Virus record (IMG/VR): IMGVR_UViG_3300031825_000010
Location: 1-61,488 of that record
Strand: one strand, 5' to 3'
Length of the DNA stretch: 61,488 nucleotides
Origin: a virus
Translations under genes and position numbers: made by a program
Notes under the pieces: generated by a model
Databases searched by the model: none
What the model was told of the DNA's origin: nothing
What the model saw: the letters and a program-made list of their open reading frames with translations, nothing else
Shown here: piece after piece, positions 42,225 to 50,867 of the stretch
How positions within the stretch are numbered: position 1 is the first letter of the stretch
Layout: each line of letters opens with the position of its first letter

Positions 42225-42965
42225 ATGGAACAAATGCAAGTTTTTACAAATGAGATTTTTGGGGAATTGCCAATTGTTGTCGTTGACGGAGTAGAGTGGT
42301 TCGGGACAACCGAGGCAGCGACGTCCCTATCTTTTTCAAACCCTTATGATGCAATTAAAAACCACGTTGATGAGGATGACCTAGCGGTCCACGAGGTCAT
42401 AGATTCTCTTGGAAGAAAGCAGAATAAGAAGTTTACAAACGAGTCTGGCTTGTATAGTTTGGTTTTCGGAGCTTCGCGGCAAGGCAACAATAAAGATATA
42501 AAAGACAAGGCTAAAGCGTATAAACGGTGGGTAACAAGCGAGGTTCTTCCTTCGATCCGCAAACACGGTATATACGCAACCGACAATGTCATTGATAAGA
42601 TTTTGAATAATCCCGATTTTGGAATTGAGCTACTTACAAAGCTCAAAGAAGAACGAGCGGCTAGAATTGAAGCCGAAAGAACAAACGCAATCCTGATGCA
42701 CGTCAACAAAACATATACGGCAACTGAGATTGCGAAGGAACTTGGATTCAAGTCGGCAATTGCTCTTAATAACGATCTGGAGCGCCGGAAAGTCCAATTC
42801 AAACAGAATGATACCTGGCTCCTATTCAGCAGATATGCCAATTGTGGTTATGTGGACATCAAACAGGAAGTATTGGACAACGGAAGAGTCATTTATCATC
42901 GCAGATTTACGCAGCTTGGTCGGGAATGGTTGTTAAAATTATATAATGTCGAACAAGCGATTTAA
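42225..42965 (+). CDS. Antirepressor (BRO-N + KilAC/ANT domains)
   Basis: MQVFTNEIFGELPIVVVDGVEWFG..SGLYSLVFGASRQ..AKAYKRWVTSEVLPSIRKHGIY. Confidence 0.85.
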   Translation: MEQMQVFTNEIFGELPIVVVDGVEWFGTTEAATSLSFSNPYDAIKNHVDEDDLAVHEVIDSLGRKQNKKFTNESGLYSLVFGASRQGNNKDIKDKAKAYKRWVTSEVLPSIRKHGIYATDNVIDKILNNPDFGIELLTKLKEERAARIEAERTNAILMHVNKTYTATEIAKELGFKSAIALNNDLERRKVQFKQNDTWLLFSRYANCGYVDIKQEVLDNGRVIYHRRFTQLGREWLLKLYNVEQAI

Positions 42966-43021
42966 CGGACATTCCCTTAAACAGGAGATGTCCTAATTTA
43001 TTTAGAGAGGAATTCGATCAT

Positions 43022-43237
43022 ATGGCAGCAATTAAAAGATTGTTAGAACTCACCGTTAATATTGAAACGCCGGTAGAAGAGATTAAGGAAATCGTAATTG
43101 CAATCTCTATCTGCCACGGTCCGAATCAAATGGCCATCTTGAAAGAGATCGAGTTATGGCTTGGAAAGACAATTGAAGATGCCGAAGCAAAGTCAAAACA
43201 ACCAGAAAAGACAGAAGAAACAGGAGGTTCTTCATAG
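43022..43237 (+). CDS. Hypothetical protein
   Basis: 71-aa ORF. Confidence 0.45.
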   Translation: MAAIKRLLELTVNIETPVEEIKEIVIAISICHGPNQMAILKEIELWLGKTIEDAEAKSKQPEKTEETGGSS

Positions 43238-43252
43238 GCGGGGATTATTATA

Positions 43253-43453
43253 TTGGGGGTGCGCGTCGTGGCGAAGGTTGTTTCATACAACTGGGCAGGA
43301 TCAAAACTCATTAATGATTGGATTGGAGTAACTGCCGAGACGACAGCGTGGCTAGCCTCACACACAACGCTTAACGATGGAAGTACGTATCGAGAACTGG
43401 ACGGCAGTAAGAGGATTTATCAACTATACAACGGAACGTGGTACGAATTGTAG
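43253..43453 (+). CDS. Hypothetical protein upstream of the tail fibre
   Basis: 66-aa ORF. Confidence 0.45.
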   Translation: MGVRVVAKVVSYNWAGSKLINDWIGVTAETTAWLASHTTLNDGSTYRELDGSKRIYQLYNGTWYEL

Positions 43454-43456
43454 GGG

Positions 43457-44884
43457 GTGCTGAGGGTGGACGTACTGGCGTACGCATTGGCTAAAAAATA
43501 TGCAGAAGGCGGGGGTAATACCACTTGGGCGAAGGTTGATAAAAGTGTGAGTAGCATTGCAGATATCACAACACGTAACGCTAGTGATTTAACACAAGAT
43601 ACTAACAATAGATTAGTTGCAGACAGTGAAAAATCCAACTGGAATGCTAAAGAAACGACGACCGGATCGCAAACTAAAGCGACTACAGCGGAAAATAATG
43701 CTAAATCATATGCTGATGGTCTATCTAATTCTGTAAATACGACAATCGGAAATCATACTGCGAGAGCAGACAACCCTCATTCGGTGACAAAGGCACAAGT
43801 TGGACTTGGAAATGTTACAAATGAATCAAAAGAAACCATGTTCAACAACTCAACGCTAACCGGTATGACTAATATAAACGGTGCAATGAATGTCAATGGC
43901 GGGACAATATTTTCCACAAATGCCGGTGTGATATTCGATGGGCTTGTAACCGTCAATAATCTGACATCGTTCACCAATATTACTTCGTTTCAGGAAAGAA
44001 CTGAATTTAATGACACGGCGATATTTAGCGGTGGACTTGCAGTCAACAACGGAAAGCAACTTGCTGTAAGCACATCGTCTTCTGTTTATATCGACAATAC
44101 GAGTAGTTTAACAACTGATGGAACGACAAATTTGCAAGGTGCCACAAATGTAATTGGAACTGCTACGTTTTCAAATTCAGCAAATTTTCAAGGCGATATA
44201 ACTCAATCTGCATTACATACGGCTAAATTTGGATTTGGAAACAATGCTGGCACATTGTACCTCGGTAATAACGGTGGGCAAAATACAGGCGGCGGATATA
44301 TGTTATATATTCCAAGTCCCGGCATGCCTAATCAACTTAATATTACGGGGCCGTCGGCTGGAAATTTGGATATCTTCCGCGTCAATGCTTTGAATTCGCA
44401 GTTTGGCGCGATAACAGCGGGCAATATCTCAGCAAGTGGAAACCTATCAGCAACAGGTACAATATCTTCATCGCAAGGTAAATTGGGCAATGCATCTGGT
44501 CGATGGACACCTTCGGCTGGAACGTTTAACGTACCTATTGGAACAGTAATTAATATCGCTAATGTTCCAACGTCTAATATCCATTATAAAGTACAATCAT
44601 TGATTGCATTCAACTCATTGTCTTTCGCTATTGATGGATTCATGACGAGCGCTTCCCCGAGTAATATCAATAACTGGACATTGCTGAAGCGAGATGCATA
44701 TGCAGGATTGGGCACATCTACACAGATGAGTGATACAAATGTTTTTGGAGTAATGCCTACGCTTGACGATGGGTCGCGTCAGGCTACAGGATACTTCCAG
44801 ATTAATAATGGACAATTACAATTTGTAGTGGTCAGCACGGATTTTGGTGCAGTACAAAACGATTATGTATGGATGACAAACTGA
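43457..44884 (+). CDS. Tail fibre protein
   Basis: SDLTQDTNNRLVADSEKSNWNAKET..HTARADNPHSVTKAQVGLGNVTNESK is the tail-fibre hallmark. The C-terminal region is repetitive and Gly/Asn/Thr-rich. Confidence 0.7.
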   Translation: MLRVDVLAYALAKKYAEGGGNTTWAKVDKSVSSIADITTRNASDLTQDTNNRLVADSEKSNWNAKETTTGSQTKATTAENNAKSYADGLSNSVNTTIGNHTARADNPHSVTKAQVGLGNVTNESKETMFNNSTLTGMTNINGAMNVNGGTIFSTNAGVIFDGLVTVNNLTSFTNITSFQERTEFNDTAIFSGGLAVNNGKQLAVSTSSSVYIDNTSSLTTDGTTNLQGATNVIGTATFSNSANFQGDITQSALHTAKFGFGNNAGTLYLGNNGGQNTGGGYMLYIPSPGMPNQLNITGPSAGNLDIFRVNALNSQFGAITAGNISASGNLSATGTISSSQGKLGNASGRWTPSAGTFNVPIGTVINIANVPTSNIHYKVQSLIAFNSLSFAIDGFMTSASPSNINNWTLLKRDAYAGLGTSTQMSDTNVFGVMPTLDDGSRQATGYFQINNGQLQFVVVSTDFGAVQNDYVWMTN

Positions 44885-44971
44885 TTGGGAGGTGAGGCTG
44901 TTGTTTAATGACGATAATGTGCAATAAGGGCTCCGCATAAGTGGGGCCTATTTTATTGGAGGTGAGGCGGG

Positions 44972-45199
44972 TTGGACGACGTACAAACGGAAATCTTGCA
45001 AAGACTCACGCGGGTTGAAACAAAATTGGACATGCAAATCAACGCGAAGGATATGGCTGCTGAAGCGTTGGACAAGGCAAAATCCGCTCATCACCGGCTA
45101 GACCGTATCGACAAGATTATTTTTTGGGCAGGCACAACCGTTATCGGATCGATAGTCGTAGGCGCAATCGCACTGCTGTATAAAAGCAAAGGAGGCTGA
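44972..45199 (+). CDS. xhlA: XhlA-family lysis-associated membrane protein
   Basis: ILQRLTRVETKLD..AHHRLDRIDKIIFWAGTTVIGSIVVGAIALL. Sits immediately before the holin and endolysin. Confidence 0.75.
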   Translation: MDDVQTEILQRLTRVETKLDMQINAKDMAAEALDKAKSAHHRLDRIDKIIFWAGTTVIGSIVVGAIALLYKSKGG

Positions 45200-45206
45200 A
45201 TGAATC

Positions 45207-45461
45207 GTGGAACAAGATATTCTCACACTGGCGGCCCTTGTGGCCGCTTTTGTTGGTGTCGCAAAGGGTTACGGTGTACCGGCAAAGCACAGCTCAGTTA
45301 TCGCGCTTATTGTGGCCGCCGTGATCGTCCTGGTACCTGCCGAAGTCCGAGACAAGATTATTCTTATCTCAACGATCGGACTGACCGCATCAGGGGCATA
45401 CAGCTACGTCAAAAATCGGGACGGTGGCGGTGGAAAAGATGGCAAAAATGATCAAGCTTGA
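45207..45461 (+). CDS. Holin
   Basis: 84 aa with 2-3 TM segments and a charged C-terminus, between xhlA and the endolysin. Confidence 0.65.
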   Translation: MEQDILTLAALVAAFVGVAKGYGVPAKHSSVIALIVAAVIVLVPAEVRDKIILISTIGLTASGAYSYVKNRDGGGGKDGKNDQA

Positions 45462-45786
45462 TGGAGTCCCGTTCCATCATGCATTCCAGTGTCCCGGTTG
45501 CGGAAGTCTTCACGGTATTAATGATCGCTGGACTTGGAACGGTGACACGGAAAGGCCTACAATTACTCCGTCCATTCTAGTGAGAGGTACGAAGATCACC
45601 GAAAAGGGATGGGCCGAGATCGATGCGTGGCGCGCATCAGGTAACCCAAAGCGCGAAGAGCCTTTTGATTCCACGCCAACTGTTTGCCATAGCTTCGTGA
45701 CGGATGGGCAGATTCAATTTTTGAATGATTGCACTCATGATCTGGCGGGCCAGACCGTTCCGCTGGCTGACGAAAAGGACTGGTGA
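45424..45786 (+). CDS. Small Cys/His-rich protein (DUF6527-like)
   Basis: FQCPGCGSLHG..RPTITPSILV..CHSFVTDGQIQFLNDCTH. Confidence 0.5.
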   Translation: MAVEKMAKMIKLDGVPFHHAFQCPGCGSLHGINDRWTWNGDTERPTITPSILVRGTKITEKGWAEIDAWRASGNPKREEPFDSTPTVCHSFVTDGQIQFLNDCTHDLAGQTVPLADEKDW

Positions 45787-46550
45787 TCAATATGGCAAAG
45801 GGAATTGATTGCGCTACGTCGCTGACATCCAAGACGGCCGCAGCGCTTGCCGCTGCCGGGCATAAGTTTGCTGCCCGGTATTTGGTGCCAGAGCGATATG
45901 GATGGAAGCGCCTGACGCGAGATGAGGCAGAAGTGATCACATCAGCCGGCATGCAGATCATCAGCGTGTTCGAGGCTGGCGCTAATAATCCTCTCGGTGG
46001 TGGGGCGGCGGGGGAAAATGATGGAGCAGCTGCATTTTACGAGGCTCGCTTGATTGGCCAGCCGAACGGCACTGCCATCTACTTTGCAGTTGACTTCGAC
46101 GCGCAGCCGGTGCATTACGAGGTGATCGAGGGGTATTTGCGGCACGCCAGCGCTGAAATATCCGGTTACGCTCTCGGCGTGTACGGCTCGTATGCGGTCG
46201 TCGAAGAGATGGCTCGCCGCATCCCCGGCATCCGGATCTGGCAGACGTACGCTTGGAGCAGGGGCAGGAAGTCTGCCAAGGCAAATATCTGGCAACATAA
46301 AAACGGCGTAAACGTAGCCGACCACCCCGTTGATCTGAACGAATCGTACGGCAACGAAGGCTGGTGGAACACTAAGCCGGTGGAGGTGAAACCGAAGATG
46401 CTCAAAGAGGATGCAGAGAAAGTGGTGGACGTGCTGCAGGAGGCGTGGAGGCTCGACATCCGGAATGCGGATGGCACGCCGCTGAACCGGGACGAGCTGC
46501 ACCGACTGGCCAATGAGGTGCGTAAGGCCGGCGGGTTGCCTGTATCATAA
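45783..46550 (+). CDS. Endolysin (glycoside-hydrolase-like, DUF1906/Rv2525c-type TIM barrel); ATG 45792 is the likely start
   Basis: GIDCATSLTSKTAAALAAAGHKFAARYL..IYFAVDFDA..GVYGSY..WQT. Last gene of the lysis cassette. Confidence 0.65.
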   Translation: MINMAKGIDCATSLTSKTAAALAAAGHKFAARYLVPERYGWKRLTRDEAEVITSAGMQIISVFEAGANNPLGGGAAGENDGAAAFYEARLIGQPNGTAIYFAVDFDAQPVHYEVIEGYLRHASAEISGYALGVYGSYAVVEEMARRIPGIRIWQTYAWSRGRKSAKANIWQHKNGVNVADHPVDLNESYGNEGWWNTKPVEVKPKMLKEDAEKVVDVLQEAWRLDIRNADGTPLNRDELHRLANEVRKAGGLPVS

Positions 46551-46557
46551 TTCATTC

Positions 46558-46589
46558 GCCCGGGGGCTTCGGCTCTCGGGCTTTTTTTG
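46558..46589 (+). terminator. Strong intrinsic terminator ending the late operon
   Basis: GCCCGGGGGC-TTCG-GCTCTCGGGC followed by TTTTTTT. Confidence 0.8.
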
Positions 46590-46677
46590 TTACAGCAAAT
46601 ACCATGTATCGCCAATATGTGACTTTTGTAGTAGAATACTCTCATGTCGTCTGATCCTAAAGAGATTCAGAGAAGGG

Positions 46678-47709
46678 ATGAACGACTTGAGCGCAATTCC
46701 TTATATTAATGAAGGCAAGCAATACTGGCTTATTCGAACCAATGGGGGAAAGTACTACAGATACTACAGAAGTGGCGGGTACATTGCAATCAACTGGGAT
46801 TTGATATCATTCGACGAGATAAATGAACTCTCGGTTGATGATCTTTCACTTCGAGTTAAGCGAGATTATCCAGAGGCACAACGACCAGGTAGAGCTGCAA
46901 ATCAGCTTAAAATATTCACGAATCAAATTAAAGCAGGAGATACCGTCCTGATAACCGGTCCTAGCTCTCATTTAATCAGTATTGGAGAAGTTGAAGATAC
47001 GATCCCGTACACGGCCCAACCTACATTGAATGAGGATGGAGAGATTGTCGGGTGTCCGTATATAAAACGAAAGCGTGTTCGGTGGCTGCATGAAGTTGAA
47101 AAGCTTGATCTCGGTAAGAAACTAATCAAGTTCGTTCAAAGGGCCGAGCATACAATTAGCGAGGCAAATGATTACGCAGACGAAATCGAAGGTTTATATC
47201 ATAGTTTCTTCATAAATGGCGACAGGGCTCAATTGATCCTTGAAGTTGAAAAAGAAGAGGCGATCCCAGCCGCAGCTTTCTTTGAGTTGGGTCACGAAAT
47301 ATTTCAACTCGCTCGTGAATTCAACGAATACTCCAATGGATTTAAAATAGATATCGCAGAACTGGCAACGCAGATTAATATTAACTCCCGCGGTAAATTT
47401 AAATTAGCTGGAATTGCAACGAGCGTCATTGCTATCGCCTTGCTTTTCGAGGGGCTAACAGGTGGCAAATCACATATTAAATTCCCTATCGTAGGTGGCG
47501 GGATTGACTTGGAAGTCGGGAGTATTATCCGAGATATAAGCGATTTTCTTGATCGTCGCGAAGAAAGAAAAGAAAAAAGTCTTATTATGCAAAAGTATAT
47601 AGAACAACTCGAAGTTAAATCTCCCGAGGAGCTAAAAGCATTACTTCAAGCAACCGAAACCGAAAATAAAGACAATGAAAATGAAGGAACCACTTCAGCG
47701 GAAAGGTAA
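46678..47709 (+). CDS. Accessory protein: N-terminal PUA/EVE-like domain (tentative), with a hydrophobic segment in the C-terminal region
   Basis: ATG 46678. YWLIRTNGGKYY..GGYIAINWD..AGDTVLITG..ISIGEVED..VRWLHEV, then LAGIATSVIAIALLFEGL. Confidence 0.5.
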   Translation: MNDLSAIPYINEGKQYWLIRTNGGKYYRYYRSGGYIAINWDLISFDEINELSVDDLSLRVKRDYPEAQRPGRAANQLKIFTNQIKAGDTVLITGPSSHLISIGEVEDTIPYTAQPTLNEDGEIVGCPYIKRKRVRWLHEVEKLDLGKKLIKFVQRAEHTISEANDYADEIEGLYHSFFINGDRAQLILEVEKEEAIPAAAFFELGHEIFQLAREFNEYSNGFKIDIAELATQININSRGKFKLAGIATSVIAIALLFEGLTGGKSHIKFPIVGGGIDLEVGSIIRDISDFLDRREERKEKSLIMQKYIEQLEVKSPEELKALLQATETENKDNENEGTTSAER

Positions 47710-47737
47710 AATATTGTATACTTAATCAAGGAGGTGT

Positions 47738-47947
47738 GTGATGAACGCGATATTGAATGTCATATCCGTCACAAGCGCATTCCTTGTAATATTCGGTCTC
47801 TTGTACCTGATACAACGTTTTACAATAGGCTTCATCCCTTTTTTTAACCGGCGCTTAGTTAAATGGATATCAATCGGGGACGCAACATTCTGTCTGACAT
47901 CAGTATTATATATAGCTTTTTATGTTAGTTTCACAGGACCGTGGTAA
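47738..47947 (+). CDS. Small two-TM membrane protein
   Basis: SD AGGAGGTG, GTG/ATG start. Hydrophobic segments VISVTSAFLVIFGLLYL and FCLTSVLYIAFYVSF. Confidence 0.5.
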   Translation: MMNAILNVISVTSAFLVIFGLLYLIQRFTIGFIPFFNRRLVKWISIGDATFCLTSVLYIAFYVSFTGPW

Positions 47948-47960
47948 TGAAGAACAAAAA

Positions 47961-47996
47961 AGAGCAGGAGCGATCACTCACACTGCTCTTTTTTGT
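47961..47996 (+). terminator. Intrinsic terminator (A-tract upstream, so possibly bidirectional)
   Basis: AGAGCAG..CTGCTCT followed by TTTTTTG. Confidence 0.75.
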
Positions 47997-48065
47997 TCGC
48001 ATTGACGAGAACGTTTGTTCTGTTTTATACTGTGGAAACCAGAACTCACCAGGAGGCGGTTTTCC

Positions 48066-48269
48066 ATGCCGGTCAAAATCGATAAGTATGTTGGACGCAG
48101 CGCGGAGATCATTTACCAGGACAGTAAGGGGCAGTTTACGCAGCGGAAAGTAACCGTTTACTCGGTACGTAACGGAAAAGTCCGTGTGCTGGACTGGAGC
48201 AAGCGATCATTCCGGACATTGATCGCGGATCGCATATATTCCGCGCTTCCAGTAGGTCGTGCAGTATGA
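48066..48269 (+). CDS. Stand-alone WYL-like mini-protein (67 aa)
   Basis: SD AGGAGG, then ATG 48066. AEIIYQDSKGQFTQRKVTVYSV..RSFRTLIADRIYS resembles the WYL-domain pattern. Confidence 0.5.
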   Translation: MPVKIDKYVGRSAEIIYQDSKGQFTQRKVTVYSVRNGKVRVLDWSKRSFRTLIADRIYSALPVGRAV

Positions 48270-48667
48270 ATCACGAAATGCCTGAAACATCCGGAACAAA
48301 TCCACGTGTCCCAACCAAAGAGGAACTGGTGATGATCCGGGACGCGGTTATGCTGCCGATGATGCTGGATATAGCTGACCGCAACCGGCAGCAGATCGAG
48401 CGAAGCTCTCATACGCTAAAGGCGCTGTATTCAAAAGCGGTACTCGTCGTGATGGACGAGATTAGCAGCGATCTGGCCAAGGTAAGAAAGGAACTTCGGC
48501 AGCGCAATATAAAAGTGATCGAGGACGGACAGAGGGATCAGGTAATATACAATCGTTTCATATGTCGTGGATATGAGGAACGTTTCGGGATGGTACGGGA
48601 GGTAGTAAAGGCGGAGATCGGAGTAAGATTTGGTGAGTATATTGGACGGGCTTTTAAAAAGGAATGA
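48266..48667 (+). CDS. Hypothetical protein, translationally coupled to the WYL-like gene
   Basis: ATGA overlap; 133 aa; followed by a terminator. Confidence 0.5.
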   Translation: MNHEMPETSGTNPRVPTKEELVMIRDAVMLPMMLDIADRNRQQIERSSHTLKALYSKAVLVVMDEISSDLAKVRKELRQRNIKVIEDGQRDQVIYNRFICRGYEERFGMVREVVKAEIGVRFGEYIGRAFKKE

Positions 48668-48695
48668 CTCCGGGCTTAGTGCTCGGAGCCTTTTT
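48668..48695 (+). terminator. Intrinsic terminator
   Basis: CTCCGGGC-TTAGT-GCTCGGAG followed by CCTTTTT. Confidence 0.7.
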
Positions 48696-48897
48696 GTCAC
48701 TAACGAGTTACAGTTACGTTAAAAAGAGATCATATGACCAAATACATATGAAATTGACTAGGGATTATTTTTACCTTCTAACAGGTACAGGATTCGACAG
48801 AGTATGACAAAACAACGGGATTATCATGGTACTTACCCATATTGTAATACTATTGGGTCACAATCCTTGCAGAGGGGGCGAGCGGAAAAATCCCACC

Positions 48898-49122
48898 CTA
48901 CCGATTTACCCAATTTAGCACATGGATGTCCTTTACGTCGCAATTAAGTATTATCGATGCATGTATGCCTTGGGCAAGCGTCAAGTTTCGTTCGCGCTTA
49001 TTTACCTTATAGATAAATTGGCGCGTTACACCTAGCCGTTTGGCAAGCTCAGATTGCGAAATACCGGCACGTCTGCACAAATCAGGTAATCGGCTTTCCC
49101 CCAACTGCAAAGAGGGAGCCAC
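48898..49122 (-). CDS. XRE-family HTH regulator
   Basis: LCRRAGISQSELAKRLGVTRQFIYKVNKRERNLTLAQG. Confidence 0.75.
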   Translation of the reverse strand: MAPSLQLGESRLPDLCRRAGISQSELAKRLGVTRQFIYKVNKRERNLTLAQGIHASIILNCDVKDIHVLNWVNR

Positions 49123-49175
49123 CGATTTGTCTCCTTTCGGAGTAGCAAATTTTCTTCATCATTATACATCAAAGG

Positions 49176-49382
49176 ATGCGAGGATGCATGATGGAACATG
49201 AAATCGCAATCGACAAAGATGTGCCAAGGCAGTACCAAGAAATATTTGCAAAGGCAGTCTTAATGGAGAAAAAAATAACGTCAACTGCGAGTGTACAAAT
49301 ATCAATGCCCGCAGGTATGGTGCGCGTGGCTGTTAAATACAACAAACACAATGAAACAATCCCTAATGAAAAACCAACCTGA
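49176..49382 (+). CDS. Hypothetical protein divergent from the XRE gene
   Basis: 68-aa ORF. Confidence 0.4.
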   Translation: MRGCMMEHEIAIDKDVPRQYQEIFAKAVLMEKKITSTASVQISMPAGMVRVAVKYNKHNETIPNEKPT

Positions 49383-49416
49383 AGTTAATTGCCACCTCCG
49401 TTTTTCCGACTTTACC

Positions 49417-49630
49417 TTGTCCGTTTTTTGTCCGGTTCAGTAAAATATAATATGAAGCGAAAAGAAAAGGTGATTGCCGAATTCCACGGAAAACCACAAA
49501 ATGATGGCAGTGTGAAATGTTATGAACGCCTTTATTAATTAAGCTCGAGATGGAAGGCAGCATCGGTTAAGGCTTGTGTAGCAATGGTTATCGGCTTCGA
49601 TATGGGCGTTTGTCCGTTTTTTGTCCGGTT
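49417..49630. promoter_or_regulatory. Candidate attP region bounded by two identical 21-bp direct repeats
   Basis: TTGTCCGTTTTTTGTCCGGTT occurs at 49417-49437 and 49610-49630, each with an internal TTGTCCG doublet. Adjacent to the int stop codon. Confidence 0.45.
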
Positions 49631-49631
49631 T

Positions 49632-50804
49632 TTAGAGACGGACATACCGCTCATATAGAGCCAATGCATCATTTTCAATTTTCTTCGTAACATGAAGATA
49701 CGTGTCCGCTGTGACTTTCACGCTTGCGTGCCCAAGTCGCTCGGACACGTATTTTATATTTGCGCCTGCTTCTAGCAGGTGCACGGCATGAGTATGTCTG
49801 AGAGCGTGCGGAGATAATACTGGGACACCGGCTCGTCTGCATTTCACCTTAAACAAGTCCCGGACGACATTCGTACGCAACCATCGACCGTCATGTTGGT
49901 GGAAAACAAGGTTAGTTGTGGATGGCTTGTAATTATCGTATGCCAACACGACTTCTTTTTGATTAATTCGGTGACTTTTCAGCAATTTAACTGTTGCATC
50001 GTCTAAAGCAATAACCCGGTCACTGTTTTTTGTTTTCGGAGTAGAAACGTATGGTGTAGAATTTAGCGGGTAAACAAGGGTCTTATTGACTGCAAGTGAC
50101 TTCCCCTTTTCGTCGAAATCGTCCCATGTTAACGCGAGCGCTTCGCCGATCCGCATTCCAGTTCGGGCTAATAGCGTAAACAAACAATATGGTTGCTTTG
50201 AGAGCTGGTACTTTGCATTTTTGTGCGGCGTTTTCAAGTGCTCAAGAAATTTATCTAACTGTTCTCTAGTAAAATAACTGACCTTTTCTTTTTTCTCGAC
50301 ATCCTTGGGAATTTTGATTCGTTCTATTGGATTATTCCGGACAATATTGAACTCGTGTACGGCGTCGTTAAGTGCCGAGTTCATGATGCTGTTGATTCGC
50401 CGAACCGTTCCCTCGCTGTAACTCTCGCGTAGTTCATTTATCCATTTCTGATACTCATTTCGTGTTAAGTCCTTCATGCGGTATTTACCCCACCGAGGAA
50501 TGATATTGAGCCTGACGTTTCGTTCTTGAACGGAATATGTTATCGGCTTTACAAATGGCCTCTTATACGTCTCTAGCCACTTACTGAAGTAACTTTCTAA
50601 CAATTCATTTCCGTCTTCAGCGAAGCCATAATAATGAATGTCTCGCTCAGCGGCAGAGGCAGCAATCTGCGCCTCTTTCTTTGTTTTAAACCCTCCTTTA
50701 GTTTTCTCTTTTTGTGTTCCAGATCGACGATCAATATAACTGATACGGTATTCCCACTTCTCTCCTCGCTTTCGATAAAAAGCCAAACCTACTACCCCTT
50801 TCAA
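49632..50804 (-). CDS. int: Tyrosine integrase
   Basis: TGMRIGEALAL.. and HALRHTHAVHLLEAGANIKYVSERLGHASVKVTADTYLHV give the R..HxxR..Y catalytic pattern. Confidence 0.92.
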   Translation of the reverse strand: MKGVVGLAFYRKRGEKWEYRISYIDRRSGTQKEKTKGGFKTKKEAQIAASAAERDIHYYGFAEDGNELLESYFSKWLETYKRPFVKPITYSVQERNVRLNIIPRWGKYRMKDLTRNEYQKWINELRESYSEGTVRRINSIMNSALNDAVHEFNIVRNNPIERIKIPKDVEKKEKVSYFTREQLDKFLEHLKTPHKNAKYQLSKQPYCLFTLLARTGMRIGEALALTWDDFDEKGKSLAVNKTLVYPLNSTPYVSTPKTKNSDRVIALDDATVKLLKSHRINQKEVVLAYDNYKPSTTNLVFHQHDGRWLRTNVVRDLFKVKCRRAGVPVLSPHALRHTHAVHLLEAGANIKYVSERLGHASVKVTADTYLHVTKKIENDALALYERYVRL

Positions 50805-50867
50805 TAAGAGAATATACGTTCTGTCATGAGCGTATAGGAAATAGCCCTCCGGCTATGCACCCCAGGA

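Noticed and set aside
44885-44971. Duplicated ATTGG(G)AGGTGAGGC sequence flanking a terminator between the tail-fibre and xhlA genes, considered as a possible mobile-element footprint.
   Set aside because: It is only ~15 bp and consists of an SD-containing junction. This is most simply explained as a recombination scar at a module boundary, and there is no transposase or further repeat structure.
48701-48897. Possible tRNA gene or tRNA 3' fragment near the accessory island/attP (GGATTCGA-like stretch at about 48800).
   Set aside because: No cloverleaf can be drawn: there is no acceptor stem and no complementary T-arm. I found no convincing tRNA anywhere in the window by eye, though a tRNAscan-SE run would settle it.
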